IMG/VR virus record: IMGVR_UViG_3300044641_009805
Coordinates: 124,001 to 188,000 of that record
Strand: one strand, 5' to 3'
DNA length: 64,000 nt
Below are positions 1 to 9,852 of the stretch, in pieces. The notes under the pieces were generated by a model, which saw only the letters and a list, made by a program, of their open reading frames with translations, searched no databases and had not been told where the DNA came from. The stretch's first letter is position 1; every line of letters begins with the position of its first letter. Position numbers and translations under genes: made by a program.

Positions 1-588
1 AAGATTCAATCTGGTTCTTTAAAACCTAAAGACGAACAAAAAGCAATAGAGAACATAAAAAAAATAAATGGAGCTTTTGCAGGATTTGCCGTGGCAATGA
101 AAAATATTCCAAAAGCAGGAATAGCAATAAAAGACTTCAAGAAAATATTAAAAAAAGAATTAGAAGACAGTAGAAATGATAATAGAACTTCTAAAAAAAT
201 GTCAGAGCTATTTCCAAATGATTATCAGAAATTTTCAGCAGCCTTAAGTTCTTCTTTTAAAACTAAGATTAGCGTTTATGATCCTGTAAAATTGGGAATT
301 CCTTGGGATACAAATGCTGTAGTTTCTGAATTCGTGAACATGCCTGTAAAAGCTTTAAATAGATTTACTGGTAAAGTTCAAGACAGCGAACCGCCTCCAA
401 CTCCTCCTGCACCGACACCACCAGGGTCTCCACCGACACCTGCCGCACCTGATGTGAAAATTAAAGATATTTTCAAAGGTGCAAATGAACAAGACATTAG
501 AAAGTTTAATGAAAAGTTTAAAGAAAAATTTGGATTTGAACTTTCTGATAAAGATGACCTAGCTGCAATACTTGCTAGTATGACATAA
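1..588 (+). CDS. Hypothetical protein, 5'-truncated, with a Pro/Thr-rich linker
   Basis: Frame 1 is open from base 1 (KIQSGSLKPK...) into the tracked ORF 91..588; contains PPPTPPAPTPPGSPPTP. Confidence 0.7.
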   Translation, partial: KIQSGSLKPKDEQKAIENIKKINGAFAGFAVAMKNIPKAGIAIKDFKKILKKELEDSRNDNRTSKKMSELFPNDYQKFSAALSSSFKTKISVYDPVKLGIPWDTNAVVSEFVNMPVKALNRFTGKVQDSEPPPTPPAPTPPGSPPTPAAPDVKIKDIFKGANEQDIRKFNEKFKEKFGFELSDKDDLAAILASMT

Positions 589-1768
589 TGACAGAGTTAT
601 GTATTACTGCACCTAATGAATTTAATTTTTCAAAAAACAATTTAGAATATAAGTTAGAAGAGACATAAGATCCGTAAAGCTTAGAATCATTTATCACTCC
701 AAATTCTATCATAGATTTTATTGATCTAAGACAATAATCAACAGATTGTCTTTTTACGACAAAATCGCTGGTATCTGGAAGTCTAATAATGACATTATTT
801 GCTGACAAAGATCTTATTCTATCTTCATAGATTTCTTCTACATTTTTTGATTCTTCTCTTTTAGATAATAGAAATTTAATATGAGAATTGACATCAGATT
901 TTGATGATTGATTTTTTATGCAAATTGAATTAACGTAAATAGAGATTTCATCTACTTTTCTTGCATCATCTATAGAAATATTAGAAATCAGTTGGCCTAA
1001 ATTGCTAGAAAACAAAGATGCAGAACAAGCTATTGAGATATCATTAAGTTTGTTTATTCCTTCCAGATTAAACTCAACTACAATAGGATAAACTTCAATA
1101 GCTCCTCTAATTCTATTGACTTTCAGTGTATTTAAAACTTCGTCATGAAGTCCTCTAGCTATTAGAATTACAGGGTGTTTTGTTGAACTTGCTCCTTCAA
1201 GCAATAAATTAATCTCAGAAACAGATTCAACAAATCCATCAATAACGATGACTCTAGGATTTACTATTTTTATTGGTTTTTCTTCAAAAGTTTTTACTTT
1301 AAAGGTAAAACCATCAATAGCTTCAATTGAAGTAAAGTTATTGCTAGACTTTTCTACAGATATTCTGCCACCAAACCCAGCTAAAAGCACAGCGTCAAAT
1401 AATAAGTTGCTTAACGTGTTATCGTCTTTTGTTTGAGAAAAAATGATTTTTTTTAGATCATTCAAAGTAGCCTTGTTTGAAGATCTGGTTTTATCATCAA
1501 GATTAGAGTTTAATATCCTGTGTAACGTAAAGTCAAACCCACCAGGAGATATTTTTTCTGATAAAATACAATGTTCTATAATCAACCTATGAATAGCTAA
1601 TTTCAGTTGATTAGAATATTTTAAATTAAAAATTCCTTGAAATGAAGTTTTTAACAAAACTTGATCTTTTTCAAGGAATAATACTTTTTCTGTATTTAAA
1701 AAATTTCTTAAATCATCGCATACTTCTTTAAATGATTCAAGTATTTCTTTTTTTAGAAAAATTGTCAC
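575..1768 (-). CDS. GroEL/Cpn60-like chaperonin, shortened and divergent
   Basis: Apical-domain-like segment PRVIVIDGFVESVSEINLLLE...HPVILIARGLHDEVLNTLKVNRIRG, plus LNDISIAC and YEDRIRSLS (cf. LQERLAKL). Only 397 aa, and no GDGTTT motif. Confidence 0.75.
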   Translation of the reverse strand: MTIFLKKEILESFKEVCDDLRNFLNTEKVLFLEKDQVLLKTSFQGIFNLKYSNQLKLAIHRLIIEHCILSEKISPGGFDFTLHRILNSNLDDKTRSSNKATLNDLKKIIFSQTKDDNTLSNLLFDAVLLAGFGGRISVEKSSNNFTSIEAIDGFTFKVKTFEEKPIKIVNPRVIVIDGFVESVSEINLLLEGASSTKHPVILIARGLHDEVLNTLKVNRIRGAIEVYPIVVEFNLEGINKLNDISIACSASLFSSNLGQLISNISIDDARKVDEISIYVNSICIKNQSSKSDVNSHIKFLLSKREESKNVEEIYEDRIRSLSANNVIIRLPDTSDFVVKRQSVDYCLRSIKSMIEFGVINDSKLYGSYVSSNLYSKLFFEKLNSLGAVIHNSVIMSY

Positions 1769-1774
1769 AAAATC

Positions 1775-1803
1775 ATTGTAGCTTATTTTTGGCTAATGTT
1801 CAA
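1775..1803 (-). promoter_or_regulatory. Sigma70-type promoter, probably leaderless, for the GroEL-like gene
   Basis: Minus strand reads TTGAAC-17nt-TACAAT-6nt-GTG start. Confidence 0.65.
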
Positions 1804-2402
1804 ATAATTTGAATATGCGAATTAATGTAAGCATGTATTATCTTACCAATAGCACCTAAAATTGCTGTACCTACTGCAATTGAAAGCCATCTAGTAAAAG
1901 CTGCTTGTTTTTGATACCAAGATTGTAATTCTTTAATTACTTCAGAATGTTGATTTATAATCTTTGCAAGATTTTCATCATTTAGTTCTTCTTTTTGAGC
2001 TAGTTTTTCTTCATGAATTTTCCAGCTTTGTATCGAATGCAACTGTTCTTCTAACTCTTCAACTCTTTCAATTTCAGCTGTACTATTTTCAACATTCTTT
2101 ATTCTTGCATATAATCCATTATCAGGATTATACAAAACTTCTCTTATTTCGTCAACTTTAAAAACTAATTGAGTCTGTGATTGTTCTATTTTTTCAATTT
2201 TGTACATTAGATTTGAGAATCCACCATTCATTGCGGGAGCTGATAGGATTCTTTTTTGCATCTCTAAAATTTGTTGTCGATTGCTTTCAATAGCATCCAA
2301 AGTTTTTTTTGTTTCAACGTTATCAAGAGGATCTTTTTTGTCAATTTTTGCATCCGAAAAGTTCGGAGAACTTACTTGCGTATTAGTTTTTTTTCTTGAC
2401 AT
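1800..2402 (-). CDS. Coiled-coil protein with one C-terminal transmembrane helix (XhlA/holin-like topology)
   Basis: AGGAGG lies 6 nt before the ATG at 2402; heptad-rich body; WLSIAVGTAILGAIGKIIHAYI at the C-terminus. Confidence 0.6.
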   Translation of the reverse strand: MSRKKTNTQVSSPNFSDAKIDKKDPLDNVETKKTLDAIESNRQQILEMQKRILSAPAMNGGFSNLMYKIEKIEQSQTQLVFKVDEIREVLYNPDNGLYARIKNVENSTAEIERVEELEEQLHSIQSWKIHEEKLAQKEELNDENLAKIINQHSEVIKELQSWYQKQAAFTRWLSIAVGTAILGAIGKIIHAYINSHIQII

Positions 2403-2541
2403 ATACATCCTCCTAGACAATGTTATTTTTTCTAAGATTAAGATTTATAATTTACTAAATCTTATTTCTAAATCTATAAATTTAGATCAATTTACTTATA
2501 GAATTAATTATAATTCTTCAGAGAATTTAAAGAGGTAAATC

Positions 2542-4470
2542 TTGCAAACATTCAATAAAAGCATATTCGAAAATAGTTCTAGACCTCTCATCATTCCTGA
2601 TGAAGTTAAGGTTATTTTTGTAGCTGATCTCTTTTCAGAGGATTATGTCGGTGGAGCAGAACTAACCACGCAGGCTTTGATTGATGAGTGCCCTTTGCCT
2701 TACATGAAAATTCGTTCAAAAGAGCTGACCATGCACTTATTAGCTCAAGGAACTAATAAGTTTTGGATCTTTGGCAATTTTGCTCAAATGAACATGGAAC
2801 TAGTTCCAAGCATAATTGGAAATTTGAACTATTCTATCCTAGAATATGATTACAAATATTGCAAGTACAGATCTCCTGAAAAACATTCTGAAAAAACCGG
2901 ATCTCCGTGCGATTGTCATAATCAATTCAACGGAAAATTAATCTCTGCTTTTTACTACGGAGCAAAAGTTTTGTGGTGGATGTCAGAGGCGCAGAAAGAT
3001 CGTTATCACAGAATGTTCCCATTTTTATCTGAAAAAGATAATGTTGTCTTATCAAGCGTATTTTCGAAAAAAACCCTAGGTACCATCAAGTGGCTTAGAG
3101 AAGTTGTTTCTTCATCAGGATCAGATCGAAAAGGATGGGTAGTCTTAGGTTCAGAATCTTGGGTAAAAGGAGCTCAAGCTGCAGAAAAATGGTGCCTGGA
3201 CAACAAAGTAGAATATGAAGTTGTCTGGAATGTAGCTTACGAAGTCATGTTGGAAAAGCTAGCTAATGCAGAAGGGTTTGTATACCTTCCAGCAGGTGCT
3301 GATACCTGCCCAAGAATGGTCATAGAAGCGAAGCTTTTGGGTTGCAAACTTCATTTGAACGAAAACGTACAACATAAAAATGAAGATTGGTTCTCTACAA
3401 ATAACATTGAAGAGATTGAAGAGTACTTGTTTGGAGCACCAACTCTATTTTGGAATTACATAAAAAAGATGATGGAATATCGTCCTAACATCAGCGGATA
3501 CATGACGGTTTATAACGCATTGTCTCAAGAATATCCATTTATACAGTGCGTTAAGTCTATGCTTCCTTTTTGCGAGGAGGTTTGTATTGTTGATGGAGGT
3601 TCTACAGACGGCACTTGGGAGAAGCTTCAAGAATTGTCATCTACGGAAACAAAGATCAAACTGAAGCAAGTGACAAGAGATTGGAGCCATCCTAGATTTG
3701 CTGTTTTTGACGGAATGCAAAAAGCAGAAGCCCGTTCCATGTGCACAGGAGATTTTTGTTGGCAAATGGATTCAGATGAAATAGTGCACGAAGACGATTA
3801 TGAAAAAATATTAAACTTATGTGCAAAATTTCCAGCTAACGTAGATCTTATATCATTACCAGTTGTTGAATATTGGGGAGGTCCTAAGAAAGTTAGAGCC
3901 GACGTTCTTCCTTGGAAGTGGAGATTAAGTAAAAATAAGAAAAATATCACTCACGGAATACCTTCAGATGCTCGTCGAACTGATGAAAATGGAAATCTTT
4001 ATGCGGCTTATGGAGATGGATGTGACATGATAGATTCATCATCTTACGAAAGAATACCTCACGTAACTTTTTACACTTCTGAAGTTGACAGTGCAAGAAA
4101 GCAAGCAGTTTCCGGTGACGCTGAAGCAATAAAGAATTATCAAGAATGGTTCAACAAAGTCGTCGATAATTTGCCTGGAGTATTTCATTATAGCTGGTTT
4201 GATCTGCCCAGAAAGATTAAACTGTATAAGAAATATTGGACCAAACACTGGGAATCGTTGTCTGGAAAATCTTATGAAGATACTTCAGAATCAAATATGA
4301 TGTTTGATGTTCCTTGGTCACAAGTGACAGATGAAATGATAGAAGCTAGAGCTTCTGAACTCTCGGAAAAATTAGGCGGGTGGATTTGGCATCAAAAATG
4401 GGATGGTAAGACGAAAACTCATCATATAACGATAAGCAAATCTCAACCTAAAATTATGTTAGATAAATGA
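2542..4470 (+). CDS. Two-domain glycosyltransferase (GT-B/GT4-like N-half fused to GT2 C-half)
   Basis: N-half VGGAELTT...DTCPRMVIEAKLLGC; C-half YMTVYNA...IVDGGSTDGT...MDSDE; AGAGGT SD before a TTG start. Confidence 0.85.
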   Translation: MQTFNKSIFENSSRPLIIPDEVKVIFVADLFSEDYVGGAELTTQALIDECPLPYMKIRSKELTMHLLAQGTNKFWIFGNFAQMNMELVPSIIGNLNYSILEYDYKYCKYRSPEKHSEKTGSPCDCHNQFNGKLISAFYYGAKVLWWMSEAQKDRYHRMFPFLSEKDNVVLSSVFSKKTLGTIKWLREVVSSSGSDRKGWVVLGSESWVKGAQAAEKWCLDNKVEYEVVWNVAYEVMLEKLANAEGFVYLPAGADTCPRMVIEAKLLGCKLHLNENVQHKNEDWFSTNNIEEIEEYLFGAPTLFWNYIKKMMEYRPNISGYMTVYNALSQEYPFIQCVKSMLPFCEEVCIVDGGSTDGTWEKLQELSSTETKIKLKQVTRDWSHPRFAVFDGMQKAEARSMCTGDFCWQMDSDEIVHEDDYEKILNLCAKFPANVDLISLPVVEYWGGPKKVRADVLPWKWRLSKNKKNITHGIPSDARRTDENGNLYAAYGDGCDMIDSSSYERIPHVTFYTSEVDSARKQAVSGDAEAIKNYQEWFNKVVDNLPGVFHYSWFDLPRKIKLYKKYWTKHWESLSGKSYEDTSESNMMFDVPWSQVTDEMIEARASELSEKLGGWIWHQKWDGKTKTHHITISKSQPKIMLDK

Positions 4471-5189
4471 AAGGCGTAATATTAGCAGGTGGTACTGGAA
4501 GTCGTTTATATCCTTTAACAAAATCGACCAACAAATGTTTGCTTCCAATTGCAACCAAGCCGATGGTTTATCATGTTTTAGAATTGATGACTTCTTCAGG
4601 AATTGATGACATCATGTTGATCACAGGTCCTGAAAATGCAGGACAAGTCATGAATTTGTTGGGGTCAGGACTTGATTATTCCTGCTCTTTGACTTATAGA
4701 ATTCAAGATAAAGCTAACGGCATAGCAGCAGCAGTAAATCTTTGCAAGAGTTTTGTTGGAAACTCTAAATTTACCGTGTTATTAGGAGACAATATTTTTA
4801 GCGATTTTTCTAAACTAGCATCGCAAATTCGTGAGTTTTATTCATCGAAGGATGAATTTAGACTTTTCTTAAAAGAAGTAATAGACCCTCAAAGGTTCGG
4901 AGTACCAGTTTATCTTAATGATGAAGTTGTAGATATAATCGAAAAACCAAAATCTCCTCCTAGCAATAAAGCAATAGTGGGATTATACTGTTATTCTTCA
5001 AACGTCTTTGATGTGATTGAAGGTTTAAAGCCTTCTTCTCGCGGAGAATATGAGATATCGGAGTTAAATTCTTATCTAGTGAAAAATTGTAGTGGTAGCT
5101 TTTTTGATGTTGAATGTGAATGGGTAGACGCAGGAACTCATGAATCTTACAAAAAAGCTAATGAAATGATTTGGGAAACTTTAAAATGA
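4467..5189 (+). CDS. rmlA: Glucose-1-phosphate thymidylyltransferase
   Basis: MKGVILAGGTGSRLYPLT, LGDNIF, IIEKP, SRGEYEI, WVDAGT. Confidence 0.92.
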   Translation: MKGVILAGGTGSRLYPLTKSTNKCLLPIATKPMVYHVLELMTSSGIDDIMLITGPENAGQVMNLLGSGLDYSCSLTYRIQDKANGIAAAVNLCKSFVGNSKFTVLLGDNIFSDFSKLASQIREFYSSKDEFRLFLKEVIDPQRFGVPVYLNDEVVDIIEKPKSPPSNKAIVGLYCYSSNVFDVIEGLKPSSRGEYEISELNSYLVKNCSGSFFDVECEWVDAGTHESYKKANEMIWETLK

Positions 5190-6007
5190 AAGTAATCATC
5201 GGATCAGGGAAAGTAGCTAACATTATAAAAGATAAAGAAGACATTGTCTTGTCTCATTCGCAAATAGAGATTAAAGATGAAATGTCGATTGACTCGATTC
5301 TTTCTACATTTCCTGAAAAAACAGTAGTTGTAAACACTGCCGCTAAGATTAATCTAGAATGGTGCGAAGAGAACAAAAAAGAATCTGAACTAGTCAACGT
5401 AGTTGGTGCAGTAAACGTTGCAAAAATTTGCAAAAAATATCATCATCATCTATTACACGTTAGCAGCGGTTGCATTTTTGATGGAATGGAAACAGAAAAA
5501 GAGTATACTGAATTAGATGATCCATCACCAGCTTCTTGGTACGCACAAACTAAAGCAAATGCTGATATTTCGATCTTATCTTTGGGATATCAAAATATTA
5601 CGATAGTTCGACCTAGGCAGTTAATATCAGCTGTTCCTAATCCCACAAATATGTTAACTAAGTTTATGAATTTGCAAAAAGGCAATTTTATTGATTCAAA
5701 AAATTCTATTACTTGTATAGAAGATATGAAACTAATGATTGATCACCTGATTAGTAACAAATGTTATGGAGTCTATAATCTTGCAAACGTTGGTTGGATG
5801 AGCCCGTACCAAATAGCCAACAAAATAAAAGCTAAAATTTTTAGTGATTTTATCATCGATAAGATAAGCTACGATGATTATATAAAGAGTATAAAAGTAA
5901 AAAGAGTTAACACTTTACTAAGCGTAGACAAATTAATATCTACGGGATTTGTTCCCAGAAGTGCAGAGGAAGCTTTAGAATGGTGTTTAGAAAATTACGG
6001 GAATTAA
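5186..6007 (+). CDS. NDP-4-keto-6-deoxyglucose reductase of the RmlD superfamily, most like bifunctional 3,5-epimerase/4-reductase NRS/ER
   Basis: NLEWCE, SSGCIF, YAQTK (YxxxK), NPTNMLTK, NSITCIED; ATG at 5186 overlaps the rmlA stop (ATGA). Confidence 0.8.
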   Translation: MKVIIGSGKVANIIKDKEDIVLSHSQIEIKDEMSIDSILSTFPEKTVVVNTAAKINLEWCEENKKESELVNVVGAVNVAKICKKYHHHLLHVSSGCIFDGMETEKEYTELDDPSPASWYAQTKANADISILSLGYQNITIVRPRQLISAVPNPTNMLTKFMNLQKGNFIDSKNSITCIEDMKLMIDHLISNKCYGVYNLANVGWMSPYQIANKIKAKIFSDFIIDKISYDDYIKSIKVKRVNTLLSVDKLISTGFVPRSAEEALEWCLENYGN

Positions 6008-6008
6008 A

Positions 6009-6947
6009 ATGAAGGTAATCATTACAGGAGGAGCAGGATTTATTGGAGGTCATGCTGTTAGACATTTCTTAAGCTTAGGAGATTCTGTTCTTAACATAGA
6101 TAAACTTACTTACGCAAGCAAAAAAACTAACTTTGAAAATTCAAATTTTCTTCAGTTGGATATTTGCGAAACAGAGATTTTGATAGAACAAATCAAAAAA
6201 TACAATCCTGACTTTTTAATTCATTTTGCAGCAGAAACCCATGTAGATAATTCCATATTAGATTGTAATGATTTTATTCACTCCAACGTTAAAGGTGTTG
6301 CCTCAGTCTTAAATGCATGTAAAGCAACCGGTACAAAATTGTGTCACATTTCCACTGACGAAGTATATGGTCCAGCATATGATAGATCTTTTGTAGAAAG
6401 TGATCCATTAAATCCTTTAAATCCTTATTCAGCTACAAAAGCTTCAGGAGATTTGTTGATAAAATCTTATAAAAATACTTACGGGTCAGATTACATCATT
6501 GTTAGACCTTCTAACAACTACGGTCCAAATCAACATTCTGAAAAATTTATACCAAAGTTGATTGATTGCTTGAAAAAAGGTATTCAATTCCCTCTTTATG
6601 GAGATGGACGACAAGAAAGAGAATGGACATACGTAGAAGACACGGTAAAGTTAATAAGGATTTTGTTAACTTCTGAATCTGCAGAATGGAATTCTTGTTA
6701 TAATTTAAGTTCTGGAATGACATTCACAAATATAGAGACAGCTTCTCATGTGATAAAGACCTACAATCTTATTACAAATAACAATTTTGATATTTTTGAT
6801 GTGTTAAAAACATCAAAAGATAGACCCGGACATGACAAAAAGTATTGGATTTCTACAAAAAAGCTAAATTCTGTTGTAGATTTCAAATATATTGGATTTC
6901 AATCTGGGATAGAAAAGACAGTTTCTTCTTATGTCCAAGAACAATAG
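6009..6947 (+). CDS. rmlB: dTDP-glucose 4,6-dehydratase
   Basis: GGAGFIG, DKLTYA, HFAAETHVDNSI, ISTDEVYG, PYSATKA, NNYGPNQHSEKFIP, DRPGHDKKY. Confidence 0.95.
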   Translation: MKVIITGGAGFIGGHAVRHFLSLGDSVLNIDKLTYASKKTNFENSNFLQLDICETEILIEQIKKYNPDFLIHFAAETHVDNSILDCNDFIHSNVKGVASVLNACKATGTKLCHISTDEVYGPAYDRSFVESDPLNPLNPYSATKASGDLLIKSYKNTYGSDYIIVRPSNNYGPNQHSEKFIPKLIDCLKKGIQFPLYGDGRQEREWTYVEDTVKLIRILLTSESAEWNSCYNLSSGMTFTNIETASHVIKTYNLITNNNFDIFDVLKTSKDRPGHDKKYWISTKKLNSVVDFKYIGFQSGIEKTVSSYVQEQ

Positions 6948-7671
6948 ATTCGTTTTTGTATCACCCATGTATAATGCATCCGAAACCTTGCCTCGGATGC
7001 TTCATTCTATTTGTGGTCAATCTTATGATAATTGGCGAGTTATTTTGATCGATGATCTTTCTTCTGAAGAGCACGTCAAGAACTGCAAAAAAATACAAGA
7101 TGACTTTTCTTCAATGTTGGATCAATCCTACAAAAATAAAATTGAAGTTATATGGAACGTTGAAAAAAAATGGGAAGTTGCAAATGTCTTAATGGGAATC
7201 TCTAAATGCAATGATGATGACATTGTTTGTCGGATAGATGCTGACGATTGGTTAACAGATCTTGATGCATTAACGATTATCAATCATGCATATACTGAGA
7301 CAAATTGCGATGCATTGTGGACAGCGCATAGATGGAGTTTTTCTGATAAAAATATCAGCAGACCAATGCCAGATGATGCTGATGTATACGCTTATCCTTG
7401 GGTTTCAAGTCATTTAAAAACCTTTAGAAAAACTTTGATAAATGAAGTTAAAGATGAAAACTTTAGAGGTGAAGATGGAAACTATATTAGAAGAGCAGGT
7501 GATCAAGCGATATATCTACCAGTTCTTCACAAGTCTAAAAAGAGATTGTTTTTACCAAGAGTAATGTATCATTATACCATCAAAGATGTCCCTGAAACGT
7601 ATCAAACTGATGATGCTAGATTTCAAAAAGACGAAGCTATCTTTTTAAGAAAACGTGGGTTTGTAAAATGA
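6931..7671 (+). CDS. Glycosyltransferase family 2
   Basis: SPMYNA, ILIDDLS, RIDADDW (DxD motif). Confidence 0.88.
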   Translation: MSKNNRFVFVSPMYNASETLPRMLHSICGQSYDNWRVILIDDLSSEEHVKNCKKIQDDFSSMLDQSYKNKIEVIWNVEKKWEVANVLMGISKCNDDDIVCRIDADDWLTDLDALTIINHAYTETNCDALWTAHRWSFSDKNISRPMPDDADVYAYPWVSSHLKTFRKTLINEVKDENFRGEDGNYIRRAGDQAIYLPVLHKSKKRLFLPRVMYHYTIKDVPETYQTDDARFQKDEAIFLRKRGFVK

Positions 7672-8030
7672 AACAGCAAAATTTTCATGATTCTATCTCT
7701 AAACTATTGGTCGAAAGACTTTCAAAAAGAAAAAATCAAATTTTGAATAAAGCAACTTGCGTTGAGATTTATAATGATATATTTTTCACATTGTCTGAAG
7801 TGATAAAAACAGCTTCGACGCCTTTGTCAAATGAATCCGTGAATTTTTTAGCTCAAATGTACTATGACTCTATAAACATAAACGAGACTCAAGAATTAGA
7901 TCCTAACATCTTTACTCAAAGAGCTAGTTTAAAAAATATTGAAACTAAAGAAATCGCTTTAATGGCTGTCATGCTAAATGGCACTGAATTCGCTACGCCT
8001 TTCATTTCAGAGGTAAAACGAAGATCGTGA
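7668..8030 (+). CDS. Hypothetical protein
   Basis: 120-aa ORF translationally coupled to both neighbours; no recognised motif. Confidence 0.65.
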   Translation: MKQQNFHDSISKLLVERLSKRKNQILNKATCVEIYNDIFFTLSEVIKTASTPLSNESVNFLAQMYYDSININETQELDPNIFTQRASLKNIETKEIALMAVMLNGTEFATPFISEVKRRS

Positions 8031-8956
8031 AAATACATTTAGACAACGTGAATATGGGATCTAATTCAGGTCCAAATTCTTTTGCAAAGAGACTTGCAAA
8101 AGGCCTTATAGAATCCGGGCATGAGGTAGAAATTTATGATGGAAGAAATTCAGATGTTTCTTTGGTTTTTATTGAACCTAGTGGTAGACCCTTGGCAAAG
8201 AAAGTCATTCAAAGACTTGATGGAATTTGGTTTTCTCCATCTGAATTTCATGTAAAAAATGTTAACATAAAATCATTGTATCAAAAAGCCGATGGTGTGA
8301 TCTGGCAATCAGAATTTGATAAGAATATGGCATCAAAATGGTGGGGAATTCCAAAAAATGGAAAAATCATATTGAATGGCATAAATGCTGAACCCGTTAA
8401 ACAGTTTAAAATTTCTTCATTAGAACAAATTAGACAAAAGTATGAAATGCTTTTTGTCTGTTCAGCAAATTGGCACTCACAAAAAAGACTTGAATCTAAC
8501 GTTGAGTTATTCAAGCATTTACAAAGTTTTTATGGTTCAGCCGCGCTCATAGTGATGGGTTCAAATCCAAAAATGATTCCTGACGTAGACATATTCTACA
8601 CAGGACCTCAACCTCATGAAGTTTGTCTAGAAGTATTCTCTGCTTCAAATTGGATGATTCACCTTGCTTGGTTAGATCATTGTCCTAATACGGTGGTAGA
8701 ATCTTTATCTCAATTTACTCCTGTTATTTGTTCGGAGCAAGGAGGCACAAAAGAACTAGTTAAGAATTTTGGAGTGATTTTAAAAGAGAATCAACCATAT
8801 GATTACGAACTAGTCAACTATGATAATCCTCCAAAAATAGACGTGAGCCAAATAAAAGAAAAACTTCCAGACCTAAAAGACAAAAAGCCTGACACAGACG
8901 TCTCAATGAATAGAGTCATAAATGATTATCTAACATTTTTTAAAGAACTATTATGA
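8027..8956 (+). CDS. Glycosyltransferase, GT4-like
   Basis: SGPNSF, IILNGI, QKRLE, DHCPNTVVESLS...GGTKELV. Confidence 0.85.
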   Translation: MKIHLDNVNMGSNSGPNSFAKRLAKGLIESGHEVEIYDGRNSDVSLVFIEPSGRPLAKKVIQRLDGIWFSPSEFHVKNVNIKSLYQKADGVIWQSEFDKNMASKWWGIPKNGKIILNGINAEPVKQFKISSLEQIRQKYEMLFVCSANWHSQKRLESNVELFKHLQSFYGSAALIVMGSNPKMIPDVDIFYTGPQPHEVCLEVFSASNWMIHLAWLDHCPNTVVESLSQFTPVICSEQGGTKELVKNFGVILKENQPYDYELVNYDNPPKIDVSQIKEKLPDLKDKKPDTDVSMNRVINDYLTFFKELL

Positions 8957-9852
8957 AAATAGCCATAAATAGAAAGCCGATAGACGGACCTTGGGGCGGC
9001 GGAAACAATTTTGTTAGAGCAGTATATGCAACTGTTCCTTCTGGCATAACCATTACTAATAATCTGTCAGAAGATGTTGATTCCATATTTCTAATGGATC
9101 CTAGAAAAGAAAATGGAATGTTTGACGCAAATGACGTCTACAAATTTGTATCTTCTGTTAAAAAAATTCCAGTTGTTCAAAGAATCAATGAATGTGATGC
9201 TAGAAAAGGTACTGAACACATGGATAGTTTGCTCTTACAATGTAGCATCTTAAATACAAAAACAATTTTTGTTAGTAACTGGATGAAAGATTACTTCAAT
9301 AAAAAAGGGTGGAATTGTAAGAAACAATACGTTATGCACAACGGAGTAGATGACACTTTCATTGAAAATAGAAAGAACAACTCATATACTCGTTCAGATA
9401 ATAAACTCAAAGTAGTAACTCATCATTGGTCTAACAATTCTTTAAAGGGATTTGACGTATACGAGTTTATTGATTATTTGACCACGAAAGAAAGAAATAT
9501 TGAATTTACTTACATCGGAAGAGAAAGAGGTACCTTTAACAATACAAAAATAATTCCTCCAATTCACGGAGAAGAGTTAGCAAAAGAGTTAGCAAAACAT
9601 GATGTTTATATAAGTGGATCAAGACATGACCCAGGACCTAATCATGTTTTAGAATCTATTGCTGTAGGTTTGCCAACATACGTTCATGTTGAAGGTGGCG
9701 GATCTGTAGAATTCGCAGGCATAGATCATGTCTATAAGAATTTTTTTGAAATTGAAAAGTTGTTGCTTAGCAGAGATTTGAAGAATAATTCTTATGATAT
9801 TTTAAGATGGTCTGATTCAATGAAACATTTTTGGAATATAATTTTTCAATGA
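8953..9852 (+). CDS. Glycosyltransferase, GT4-like
   Basis: GPWGGGNNF, HNGVD, KGFD, DPGPNHVLESIAVGLP. Confidence 0.85.
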   Translation: MKIAINRKPIDGPWGGGNNFVRAVYATVPSGITITNNLSEDVDSIFLMDPRKENGMFDANDVYKFVSSVKKIPVVQRINECDARKGTEHMDSLLLQCSILNTKTIFVSNWMKDYFNKKGWNCKKQYVMHNGVDDTFIENRKNNSYTRSDNKLKVVTHHWSNNSLKGFDVYEFIDYLTTKERNIEFTYIGRERGTFNNTKIIPPIHGEELAKELAKHDVYISGSRHDPGPNHVLESIAVGLPTYVHVEGGGSVEFAGIDHVYKNFFEIEKLLLSRDLKNNSYDILRWSDSMKHFWNIIFQ

